NCBI GenBank assembly: GCA_965153285.1
Contig: OZ229126.1
Strand: one strand, 5' to 3'
DNA length: 64,000 nucleotides
DNA from: Podarcis tiliguerta
Lineage: Eukaryota
Numbering within the stretch: the stretch's first letter is position 1; every line of letters begins with the position of its first letter. Under the pieces are notes generated by a model. That model ran no database searches. It saw only the letters and a list, made by a program, of their open reading frames with translations, and was not told the origin of the DNA. The translations under genes were made by a program, and so were the position numbers. Below are positions 27,750-39,755 of the stretch, in pieces.

Positions 27750-28579
27750 TATAGTGATGTGCAAATGAGGACAATGCAGCAATGTCCTCTCAAGGTAATC
27801 ACGTGAGTTGCTTGTGGAGTTGCTGAGCCATCCATAACCAAACCAGACCTCCTGATGCAATACGTCATGTCTGTTCTGTTCTCAGCCAATTCCAGCTTTT
27901 GTGCTTCTCATATTTTTCTCTAGTTTTGCGAATGTAGTGACAACTTGGTTCTAACTTGGTTTTTATTTATTTCTGTTGAGCCAGCGGTCACCCAGTGAGG
28001 GAGTGTACCGACCTTTGAGCCACTCTTAGCATTTTCAAAGGGGTGCATTCATAAGATTGTACCTTTGTGGTCTGCATGAATTAAGCCAGGGCAACTACCA
28101 CCCTCCAAGTTGTGTAATGATCACACATTCCTTATACACAAGATTGCATCCTTGATTCTTGTTCATGATGTGAACTGGAACTTCCATTCCCCGCATCAGT
28201 ATGCCTTGGCTGATGGGAAAGAGCCAAACTTTTACTGCTCTTTTCTGTGTACAACAGGACTGTGATTATTTCTTCATTTCTGAAAACAATATTGTATTTT
28301 TAAAATAATAATAATAATAATTATATACCACCCTTCATTATAAAATTCCAGAGTGGTGTACAGGATACAATTGCACACCAATAAATTACTGTAAAATAAT
28401 TAATGAAACAATCTACAGTAGAAAACATATTACTTAAAGCTAGGGTCTAAAAATTAGCAAATGCTTGGTTGAGTAAACAAACAAACAAACAAACAAACAG
28501 GTCTTTAACAAGTGTCAAAACACAACTAAGGATGGTAATTCCAGAAGCTGGGTGCCAAAACAGAAAAGACCCTCCAAAA

Positions 28580-28762
28580 CAGGGGTGCCAATTTGAATAA
28601 AATATTGGGAGGGGGGTAATCCCCACCCCACATAATTGATCACATGACACGCCAAACATACAGTATTTGAATGGCAATGCCCATCAACTGGGGGGGCAGC
28701 CCCCTCAAATATTTTATGGGGGGGGGCAAAGGGACCTTGGCCCCTAGGAGTTGGCTCCTATG
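28580..28762 (+). mobile_element. hAT MITE
   Basis: caggggtgccaa...ttggctcctatg; perfect 8-bp TSD ctccaaaa. Confidence 0.9.
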
Positions 28763-29444
28763 CTCCAAAAGATGTACATGAGCAGGTAAAAAAGGAAGCA
28801 GGAAGCAGTGTTCAAAATCAGCCAGGCACATATTGCACCTGTCTATCAACCACGTGCGACCAAGTGATGATGCCTGGGAGCCAGGATGAAGCCTCACATC
28901 TCCACCATCTGGAGGTGCATGCTTGGGGATCATTGGATCTTGACTGTTTTCACACACTAGTACCACATCCTGTAGAATTCTATCAGTTCTATTTTATCTG
29001 AACAATTGTAATGAATTTCAGAAACCAAAATGCTTTTTCTGTGCAGCCTGAATAGGCACAGTCACTATTAAGAAAAAGAGGTTGGAACAGGCCAGTTTCT
29101 GTGTGGCCTGTCCCTGGATCAAGTGACTTTTCTTCTTTAAGCTCTCAAAGTTCTTAACCTAGCTCAAGGTTATCATTTGAACTAGCTGGATGCTTAACTG
29201 AGAATCACTCGCAATCAGTCCATCATTAGAAAAATAAGATGTTAGAGCTGTCTTACCCAAAAGTGGCAGCTAGACATACCGTTTTGGTGACTGTAACCTG
29301 GTTTAAGGAGCATTTGATGCATCACTTATATATCTGAATTTCTAACACTGGCAGGAAGGCCTGATTGGTAGATCTTAGTAAACAGCCAAGTCCGTACGGA
29401 AAAAGGTGGTCTTTTTGATAACCAGATCCCAACTTGTTTGCTGT

Positions 29445-30270
29445 TATTATTATCAATAATTTGTTAACCACCAACCATCTCAAGGCAATGTACAGTAAAA
29501 ACAGCAAAAAGACAGTTAAAAAGACAGCCAAGACATTTAAAACAAAACAAAAGCAATACAAATCAAAACAAATTCCATGGCAAATACACATTTATCCAGC
29601 TAGGAAAGCCTGTTGGAACAAATATGTCTTCAATGGTTTCTGGAGCATGAAAATAGTGCTGCCTGTTTTATCTTGACAGGAAGGCTATTCTACAGAACAG
29701 GGGCAACCACACTAAAGGCCCTGCTCTGAGTTAATACAGTGTGGGTATTTGAAATCTTTGGAACTTTTGGGAGAAACGTCTCCATGGGTTGCAAGGTTCT
29801 ACTGAGATAATGCCATCTCTCAAGCAACCGGGTTTAGAGCTACATAGGGCCTTATAAATTACAGTGGTACCTCGGGTTACAGACGCTTCGGGTTACAGAC
29901 TCCACTAACCAGTAAGTTGTTGCTCCAGGTTAAGAACTTTGCCCCAGGACAAGAACGGAAATTGCACGCCAGCGGCAGCAGGAGGCCCCATTAGCAAAAG
30001 CAAGCTTCAGGTTAAGAACCGTTTCAGGTTAAGAGTGGACCCCTGGAACAAATTAAGTTCTTAACCTGAGGTAACACTGTGGTAACATCACATTGAACCT
30101 GACTTGGCAGCAGACTGCCAGCCAGTGCAGCTCCTTTAGCAAAGGTATAACCACCTGCTTGCAGTAGCTCACTCCCCTCAGCAGCCTCACCATCAAGTTG
30201 TGCACAAGCGGCAGCTTTTGCCCCAGCCCACATGCATCATATGGCAATAATCCAGTCTTTGAGATTGCCA
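29445..30270 (-). mobile_element. Old L2 LINE 3' fragment
   Basis: QKLPLVHNLMVRLLRG...PLLKELHWLAVCCQVRFNV resembles the L2 ORF2 C-terminus; T-rich 3'UTR on the minus strand. Confidence 0.75.
29862..30079 (+). mobile_element. Tc1/mariner MITE nested in an L2 fragment
   Basis: Same family; interrupts L2-like sequence. Confidence 0.88.
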
Positions 30271-31575
30271 GGGGAATCCCAGAGAAGTGAAGCTAGGAGA
30301 TAGTGACTGATCTAAAAGCCCCTGCTGTGTATTTTGTGTCTGAGCATTTATCAAAGTTATCCATTGGGGGGTGGGGGACTTCTGTGCCCTTGGGCAGCTT
30401 CCATTCATTTCAAAGGGGCTTGTGCAAGAGAACTTCCCCATTGAACTGTGCCTCATGGGTCAATTCGGTCTGCTTCTTTCTCTCTTTTTCTTGCCCTTAT
30501 ATATTGTTTTCTTTGTTAGTGTTTTGAATCTCACATCTGAATATAGAATATTGTTTGCAATCTTGTGAAATTATATTTAATAAAATTAAAAAATTAGAAA
30601 TCCACTAAGGAGGGATTATCAGAATACAGTAGTGGCTTTATGCAGTATCCATAGAACTATACCTATACAGTATCATAATTCTGTGGGATCTTAGAAGAAA
30701 ATGCAGAATGAGGGACCGAGCACAGAATTCAGCTTCCAAAAGACTCTTAGCTTTAGCTGAAAGAGGAGGGGAAACTAGTCCTATTGGCTGCAAATATATG
30801 ATTGAAACTGTGCCAAATGTGAGCCAGTGTGGTGCAGTGGTAGAAGAGTGTCAGACTAGGAGCTGGGAGACTTGGCCACAGAACTCACTTCCTCTCAGCC
30901 TAACCTGCCCCACTGGGTTTTTGTGGGGATTAAATGAGGAAAAGGAGACCCATTTTCACTACCTTGAGTTCCTTGGAGAAAAAGGTGGAAGATAAGTGTA
31001 ATTTTAAAAAATGCTTTCACAATCTCAAAAGAAAGAGGAGCTGCCGAGTATGATCTCTAGTGACTGTGGACGAGGCTTCTTTGCAACTTTTTGCCCCTTC
31101 CTGTCATGTATAAACTCATAATTGATTTGCATAATTCTGTTTGCATAATTTGAACAGATTGCAGAACTCAACTTTTCTTGATGCAGAATTTTAGCATTTG
31201 CAACACAGAGCACAAGCAACCCTCTGCGTCAGTTCTGGGGTGTGTGTGATGCATTGGCACAAGCCTTCAGCTTGTATGTATTGATGCTTCCCGTCAGACT
31301 TTCCTTCTGGAGTGCAGGGCTGTACACGTCATTAACGGCTGCCTGAGCCATTGGAGCAGCAATAGCACTTCTCGGTTGCTGCATCTGGACTGTATAGTCT
31401 CTGAGCTGCTTGAAAACTACTCCAGCTCTGACTCTGACTCCAGCTACAGCTGCCTCCCACTGTGATGTGCCTCTCAAGCACTCATGCGTCTCAGCCTGCC
31501 TGCTGTCTCTTGGTCCCCCATTCATCTGTTGTTTGGGGATATTCTTCATTTCCCATTCTTCTTAACATATTAACG

Positions 31576-32117
31576 CGGAGGTTTTTAACCTTGACCAACT
31601 ACACTCTTTATGTGGCACCCCTGTGGGGCTCACGAGCCCAGTTATCTCCCCCCCCCCCCCGCGCCTGCAGAGCTGGCAGCCTCTCAACTTTTTTCGAACA
31701 CCTTGCCTTGTGGAGTGTTCCCTCAGCCTCCTCTCCTTGAGAGTCCTCTGGGCAGCCGCTGCTGCTGTCCCTGGTCTCTGAGCTACCCCCCACTCCACCC
31801 CAAAGAGAGGTGCCTCCTCACACTGCCCCACAGGGGCCTGGGAAGAGGATGCCCCCAGCCTTAGTGGCCCAACAAAGATTGACCAAAGGTGAACATGAGG
31901 CTAGCAGTTTACCTTGGGAGACAGCAGTGGGTGCTGCCAGGCCTGTGTCCCCAGAGGCACCCTTCACCTGGAGAGCTGGTAGCCAGGGCTGCTGCAACAA
32001 ACAGCTGTGCAAGCCTTTGGGAGGCAGACACGAGAGGGCATCAGAAGGAGGTAAGGAAAGAGGGACAGAGGCACCACTGACCCAAAGGTGCCCCAGCACA
32101 CTGGTTGAAAACCACTG
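31576..32117 (+). mobile_element. Non-autonomous hAT element with GC-rich interior
   Basis: Ends cggaggtttttaacc / ggttgaaaaccactg; TSD tattaacg / tattaaca. Left ~200 bp recurs at 34792-35000. Confidence 0.85.
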
Positions 32118-33713
32118 TATTAACATCTTCCTGCTTAGCATGCTTCTCAGCTCTCTTCCTTAATTTTTTAATACTCAGAGTATTTTAATACTTTGTTGTT
32201 TGCATGGTTTCTTTCTCTAGCTTGTAGCTCTTTTCTCTTCTTGGCTTCCCAGTAGTTAATTCCCTCCCTGCTCCCAAACAAGTATTCCCTCTTGCTTCTG
32301 CCAGTGACTCAACAGCCCTGAGCTGTAGGCTGGGACATGCCTGGATATGATTTTGGGGCTGGCTGTGCTGGTGCATCTCAGCATCCTGGTTTAGTGCGGG
32401 AATCCTGCCAGGTGCAGGATTCACTTTGTAAACGTCCTCACACCTGAGATGAGAACAAGCATCACTTGAACAGCAGGGGAGACGCATTTGAGGAACCCTC
32501 AACCAACCGAAGGTTGGAAATGCAGCCTTTGAAGGGGTTTGGTAGGGGAGTGAATGTGGCTGGGCTAAAAACCTCTGCAGTCATGTGATCAGAAGTTGTC
32601 TGCCCCCTGCATTTATAGAGCAAGGCATGGTTCACAGAAAGCAGCTCCTGCTGTATTATTTATTATATATTTATTTCTATAAAATTTATACACAACTTGA
32701 TTGTAAAAATCCTCAAAGCGGTTTACAAAAAGATAAAACAAGAAAATCAAGAAAAAATCCCCACCATACTTTAAAATATACAAAAGTTAAAATACTAAAA
32801 CAGTCATTCTCTCCCTTTCCCCACAACCTGGACACATGTGTGCTGTAACCATGTGAGGCAGGCATGGGAAACTGGCCGCCCTCCAGATGCCACTGGGCTC
32901 CCAACTCAGATCAGTCCCAACCAGCATAGCCAATGGTCAAGGACGATGGGAGTTGTAGTCCAGCAACTTCTGAGGGGGGCCCTTGTTCCCCACCCCTGCT
33001 ATAAGGAAACCTAAGTGTGAATCAGACTGCATGTTCTGTGGTTGAGGCAACTCCTTCAGTCAGAGCAGTTGCTGTGAATGCTGCCTCTATAAAGCCCATG
33101 TCACATTCGTGCTCCCCACACAATCTTGTGGCTGAGAGGGGTCTGTCAGATCTTGAATGTGGGAGAAGCTGCCTGTTCAATACTGCTTTTAAAAAGCTTT
33201 TAAAAGCCTACTCAAGCAGCCACTTTCTGCATCCTCTTTATTTGGTTCTGGCACTGTACAGTTAGAAGTTGTAGAAACCAGCTGAGGGGATTGTTTGAAA
33301 ATGTTCTGTGTGTTTTTGCATGCATATGCAAGCTATCCCTGTAGCATCTTCAACTAACACATTTATTGACAGGATGGCTTTCACTGGCAAGAGAGGAATC
33401 TGAAAATATGAAGTTGCCTTATACTGAGTCAAACCATTGGTCCATCTAGTACAGCATTGCCAACTCTGACTAGCAGCAGCTCTCCAGAGTCTTTCATTCT
33501 GGGGAATTTTGTAGTCCTGCTCTCAAATATCATTTTAACTGGAGATGCCACAGTGGGAAGTAGCCCTGTGTGCCTGATGCAGTTCCTGCAGACTCCATGG
33601 TCTACATCTCCTTAGATGTGGACATACACTTCGTATCCCTTCAAAGCTGGTATCTAGTTATGCTCTGTGGCATTGTTGGCTCACAAAGCCTGATCCTACG
33701 GCCTTCCTTTCAC

Positions 33714-33984
33714 GTTTTCTGCTGCTCCAGAGAAGCAGACACGGAGCAATGGATCCAAACCACAAGAAAGAAGATTCCACCTAAACATTAGGAAGAACTT
33801 CCTGACAGTAAGAGCTGTTTGACAGTGGAATTTGCTGCCAAGGAGTGTGGTGGAGTCTCCTTCTTTGGAGGTCTTTAAGCTGAGGCTTGACAACCATATG
33901 TCAGGAGTGCTCTGATGGTGTTTCCTGCTTGGCAGGGGGTTGGACTTGATGGCCCTTGTGGTCTCTTCCAACTCTATGATTCTA
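33714..33984 (+). mobile_element. CR1 LINE 3' fragment, near-identical to part of 49607-50228 in opposite orientation
   Basis: Ends ccaactctatgattcta. Confidence 0.9.
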
Positions 33985-34791
33985 CGTGCTCTGGGAGCAT
34001 TTTCCCATTTCCTTCCTTTGTCCATGGCATTTACCGTACTAGCCTCTCCAGTGCTGTGATGAGGTTGACCTGCAGAAAGAACAGTGAAACTGACTAGCAT
34101 CCCCACATGCTTCAAGAGCATTGTTACCCACTGTTGTCTGAAAATGAGGTGCAGGTTTTTTTACCTCTTCTCTGTTGTTGTAAAGGATGAGGCAGAGCCC
34201 TACGATGTGACAAAAGTGCATGAATCCATTCATTCGGCTTTTTTCCTCTCGGTAATATTTGCTGCTGCAAAAGAGAAGTTTGCGTCTTCCAAACTTCACT
34301 TAAGTCCATAAGAATGTAGCAGTTGATCTCAAAATTGCTGGTGCCCCCGTTTCAGTTACCTGCAAAGGTTCCCAATAATTGCTTCTCTGCATGCAGCCAC
34401 ATATGAGACACTAGTTTGGGGTCTACTGTTACTATACTTCTCCATCAGAAGAAAATATTACTCTCTGTATGTTAATATTGCTTTTGATGTAATGATGGGC
34501 ATCCCAGCATCAAAGCCTTCTCAGAAGTCTCACTGGCGCTTTAGGATGCTTTATGAGATGTTAGCATGTCTATTTCTGATGTAGGTGTATCTGCACTCTC
34601 ATGTTGTTTGATCAGTCACTGGTTCAGGAACCTTTAATGCTGCTCCACAATTTTCTTCCCTTCCTCCTGTAGTCTGTTTGGGGCCATATACCACTCAGTC
34701 ACTTTTTCAGGTTTACAGATTCTATTCTGATTGACCATAAGACTGTTCTTTCTGATCCAAAGTAAATAAGACATCCAGAATCTCTTACTTA

Positions 34792-35000
34792 CATAGGTTT
34801 TCAACCTTTTTGAGTCCATGGCTCCCTTGACCAACTACATTCTTTCTGCGGCACCCCTGTGGGGCTCAGGAGCCCAGTTAGGTCACCCCCTGCCTGCAGA
34901 GCTGGCAGCCCCTCACCCTTTTTCGAACACCCTCCCTTGTGGAGGGTTCCCTCAGCCTCTTCTCTTCTCCTGTCTCCTTGGGAGTCCTCCGGGCAGCCAC
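34792..35000 (+). mobile_element. Truncated second copy of the 31576-32117 hAT family
   Basis: Shares ccttgaccaactaca...ggcacccctgtggggctca...gcagagctggcagcc...ttcgaacacc...gagtcctc with the first copy. Confidence 0.8.
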
Positions 35001-36463
35001 CAAGGAAAAAATATTGTTGCTCTTCCTTTCATGCATGCGACTCCGTAACTGTCTTAAGCAGTATTTTTGTTGTCGTCATGTTTCAAATAAATGTTGCTAA
35101 ATGAATGGTAACCTCTAGAAACCCTTTTCATAGCAATCAGCCGTCTTGTTTTGTCTAGGTATTTGAGCTATGGTTTCTATTCTAGATGCATCAAGTTTTA
35201 AAGCTTCTTTGAGTAAGATACAGCTGGTGTATTTTATTTTTGAAATGGCAAATTTGCATTTTCCTTTATTCAGTTTCAGATTCCTCTGGGCAGTTGTCTG
35301 GAATTATGTTCTGGTATGGTATTTCCCCACATGAGAACATAATCTATAGTGGTACACTTCTGTTATTTCACTCTAGACTTACTCATCTTACAGAAGTTTC
35401 CACTTTTTCAATGGTCATGTGTGTTATTTCAGTTACTTCAAATTGCAGTAAACCAGCCTTGAGTCCTCCTGCTGAAAGGAACCCCTTACCTCTGTCCCAA
35501 AGTCCGGACCTGGTGGCATCACTGGTGCTCTGATGGCAAAAGTGGGCAAATCAAAGGATGTGTAGGACACATTCTAACTATGCAAAATTCAGAGGTTTCT
35601 ATCCCCACGCCCCACATCTCTGCAACCTTCATCCAGGCAAACAAAGAAGCATTATCACTAGGATCCATTCCAGCCCAGGAAAAACATTTGAGGGCAAGGA
35701 GGCAAGCCGTGTGGCCAGGGGAAGAGGCCCAGGGGATGGATAGAGAGGCCTGGAAGGATTTATTTGGCCCTCAGGCCTGAGGTTTCTCATCCCTGTTATA
35801 AAGGCATGAGTCCAACACGCCGCATTGTCTCTAATCAGGTGGCTGAAAATGTTGCCCTAAGAACTGATTTATTCATATTTTGCGAGTCCAAACATAATCC
35901 TATTTTGACTCTGCCAGGCCTGAATTAGGCTCTTCTGTAAATCCTCCTGCTTTGAGTATGATCTTCAGCTTTTCTGAACAATTCAGCCCTTCCTTTTAAC
36001 GTCTTCTTAATGCCATTGGAACCTCACGACTTGCATGAATGACAAGTGGGACCTGTGGAGGGATGGGGAGGCAGAGTCCTTCCTGATGCTGCTGGACTAG
36101 AACTCCCATCATATCTGACCGTTGGCCACACTGGCTGGTGGTGATGGGAGTTGGAGTCCAACAACATTTGGAGGGCCACAGCTTACACACACTCTGGTAA
36201 TGAGGCATGACATTTGAAACACATCCCTATTGCCTTTGTCAGCATCCCATTTTGATTTGTTTCTATTCAGTTCAGTCCTTTGTACCAAATTAGTCAAAGA
36301 TCTCAGACTCAATACATATTGCCCACAAAAACCACCCACTGGAACTCTTAACTGAGCTGCTTTGTCTTTATACCTGCAGTTCAGATTACGTTTATCAAGC
36401 GCTTTGCAATCTTTTTCCTGACTGCTTGGCATTTTAATGCTGAGGTGGATCAGCTTGCAATGC

Positions 36464-36464
<1 letters not shown>

Positions 36465-36503
<39 letters not shown>

Positions 36504-36504
36504 T
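36465..36504. repeat. (TTTC)n microsatellite
   Basis: Direct reading. Confidence 0.95.
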
Positions 36505-38902
36505 GCATGACATTACCCACTTCGGTAGCTTACTGAGAAATACTCCTGTCTGATGCACTTTCTCTCAAACCAACTTCCATCCAATTTGAAAACAGAAGCT
36601 AGAGTTAAACTGAGATGGATACATTTCAGGCAGCAGTGGAACAGGTACAGGTGGCAGCCCTGGTGAATCGGAGATCAGCACAGGAAAATAAATTGGTTAA
36701 TGGGCATTTGGTGAAGACATCTCTACTCTTCCCCTGCTCTGAACAGCAATGTATGAATATGACTAGGAATCCGGGGGGGGGGGGCGACTTCGCTGCATTT
36801 CAAGCCACTGATTATTATGCACGTGAATGTGTACATACCCAGGGTCAGGAAACATGGGGATCATGGGAACTGTAGTTTAAGGGTGCTGGGAACTGGAGCT
36901 CTGTGAATTGGAGCTTGCAGTTCCCAATAATCTCTTTTGTTGTGTGTGGAGGGGGGGTGCACTTAAAATAGATGGTATGTACCCAGCCTTAATCTTATCA
37001 ACTGTAATATCATTGTTGATATTAGCATTGTAGGTGAGGCTTTTCTTAACTTCCGCATAAAGATGCTGAAATGCATACACTAGACAGCATCTTTAGTTCC
37101 TTGGTGCTTTAAAGAAACAACTGGTTTCCTTCAAAAGAGCAAGGAAGTACTGGACCTGAAGCTGACTAGGTTAACCTGCCCACAGTCTTTGGGGGCCAGT
37201 TGCAATTAGTAGCAAAATGGCTTCATTTGAACCTTGGCTGCATCTCTCAGAATAGATTCTCGCTTGTTTTTTTAAAGGATGCTGAAGAGTAAGAGACCCA
37301 TGTAACAATTGCAGAGCCCAAACAATCAAGGCAGGGAACCTGTCTTGCAACTTTTCAGAGTAGTTCGGTTTTTGAATGGGGGAAAAGTTGGCTCTGTTAT
37401 GTCCCCCCCCCCCCAAAAAAAGCTCCCTAGCCCAAATCCACAAAACAGTTTTGCAACTGTTTTTAAAAAATATGTTAAAGGGCCATGTATGTGTGGTCTC
37501 TATATCTATAATATAAATATAATAATTTGCTAAAGCTTTGGGGAGATGGATCCATCCTGTTAGTTTGCTTTGAAAGATGCCACAGAAGTCGAAGTGCCCC
37601 AGCCCAGCAGCTGCTGTGCACAGAGGAAGCTTTGTACCGGCACATCAAGCTCAGTGCCCCCTTCTGCTTGTGTGACTCTCTGCCTGCCAGGCAGCCTCGT
37701 GGAGCTTTGCTTTGCTACTGATGTGGTCTTTGGCCATCACTCTTGGGTCTTGACACAATTCCCCAGAGTTTGGGGAGGAGCGTTGAGTTGCCCTCTAGTA
37801 CAGCGCTGTGAAAGTAGCAGCTTGCTACGGCAGAGATGCAAGGGCTTGGATAAGGACACTGGAAATATTTGGAGAATTAGTTCAGATGCCGTCTTTAGCA
37901 TCTTAGCATTCTTCCCCGGAGAGGAGGGGCTTGTGCAGGGATTCTTTCCCGTTTGTGTTATGGAAACTGCTGGTGCCCCCCCCCCAAGCCTTTTCAAGCC
38001 AATGTTTGTAGGAAAGTGACTGGAAGGCGGCCAGAGACAAACACACCTTTTGCCACATGCAAGTGAGTGGGTGCAAATCATTTATTTTCCTGGGTTATCG
38101 TAATGTTTGTGTTGCAGCTGTAAGGCTAGAGACAAGCAGCTAAAGACCGTTCAGAAGGCAAATGTTTTGAAGGGCCTTTGTGCCCCACACTCCCTTCCAT
38201 AATGAACCTACCCCCTCGCTGTAGGAAAGCCCTTGCCAGCCTGGTGCCCTCCCGGTGTTGTTAAGAGACTACAGTTCCCATGAGCCCCAGCCAACTCCAA
38301 CAACAGTTGGAGGGCACCTGGTTGGCAAAGGCTGCTGCAGGACATTAAGGGGAGCCCTGCTGGGGTGCGATTCTTTGGAAGATGCCTGGCCATGCTGACC
38401 CTCCATGCCAGCTCTAGGTAAATACGTTTGGTAAATTTTTGTATTTCAAAAATCTGCAAAATGTGTTTGTCAGAGGCGGTGGTGAGGTAAAAACAGGGTG
38501 TCTCCCAACTGTCTGCCTCCAGCCAAAGCGCTGGTGTTTTTTCTCAGAACGTCTTCCTAGTCACTCTTCTCTTTCCTCATAACTTCTCTCTTGCAGCTCC
38601 ACGTTTTAGGAATGCACTCCCCTCTGACATTCACCTTCCTCCTCCTTGTTTTCCAAAACCTGAATCAAGATTCATCTTTCCTCCTGAGTTTTTCCACACT
38701 GGCTCCACAAATTTGGCATTTTGAAAGCCTTCTGCCCTTCCCTTCCCTGCTTTCTGCTTTGCTTTTTCCAAATATGAGCCTGCCCCACAGGCATCATGTA
38801 TTTCTTCTGTAGGTTGCTTAATTTTTAAGTACTTATTAAATGTTTGTCACCCCGCTTACCCAAGTGGAGACTTTGGTACATGAAAAGCCTATTGCATTAC
38901 AA

Positions 38903-39755
38903 CATAGGTCGGCAAACTAAGGTCCGCGGGCCGGATCAGGCCCAATTGCCTTCTAGATCCAGCCTGCGGGCGGTCTGGGAATCCAGGCAGCCAGCATAGT
39001 GCACGTGCGCAATGGTTTTTGTGACTCAGCCAGGCTTGGGGGTCAAAAGTGAGGGGGGGCGGCTGCTTGAGACAGGCCCCTTCTCCGTCTGTCCCTCCAT
39101 CGCGCGTGTGCAGCAATCTTTACTTCCGGGGTGGGGAAGAGGGAAAAGGAGCCACAGTTCGGATTTCCACCATGGAGCTGCCGGCGACTGACCTCAGGAA
39201 GGGCAGGGGCTCGGAGGCGCCTCGGGAACGATGCCCGTTGGTGTCTGTGACCGTGGTGCTCCCTGCCAGAGAAAGCCAGGAGCGCCTGGGCGGCTGCACT
39301 CTGAAGCAGTTCTGCGCTCTGCTGGGGAGGCCACTCGTTAGCTACACGGCCTGAGCCATGGAAAGATAAATAGCTTCCGCCACCTCGTCTTCCCTCACGC
39401 GGGGAAAAGTAAATTTTTGCCTCAGCAGCGCCCGCCTGGCTTAGCATGGCCAAGGGCTTTTACCTTCACATGCGCACACGCTCTCCAGGGCTGACAGGAA
39501 TAGCGCTCTTACCTTAGCCCCCCACGCCGCCTTATGAGAGAAATAATAACTGCCAACGCGTAAAACACAAAAGAAGCAGCGTGGGTGTATGAGGGAACAA
39601 CCCTCCCCCCAAATCGCATTTGGGCAACGTTGGGGTTGGTCCCAATAAGGGTTTTTGCCAAAAATGCAGGTCATAATCATGGCAACATACATAATCATGG
39701 CCCCCCACAAGGTCTGAGGGACAGTGGACCTTCTGGAAAGGTTTGCTGACCCCTT
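38903..39755 (+). mobile_element. Non-autonomous hAT element carrying a captured host gene fragment (Pack-hAT)
   Basis: Termini cataggtcggcaaac...gtttgctgacccctt are shared with the short MITE at 8538-8790. 8-bp TSD cattacaa (38895-38902) / ctttacaa (39756-39763). About 710 bp of CpG-rich internal sequence. Confidence 0.9.
39172..39365 (+). pseudogene. CRPPA: Transposon-captured, decayed first coding exon of CRPPA (ISPD, CDP-L-ribitol pyrophosphorylase A)
   Basis: ccaccATGg start. Translates to [64 protein letters not shown], versus recalled human [41 protein letters not shown]. Ends AG|ataaat (decayed GT donor). In-frame TGA at 39352-39354. Confidence 0.85.

Noticed and set aside
39172-39365. 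The genuine CRPPA gene or a processed pseudogene
   Set aside because: In-frame stop, mutated donor and no downstream exons rule out the real gene. Retained promoter and intron-like sequence, TIRs, an 8-bp TSD and no poly(A) argue against a retrocopy.
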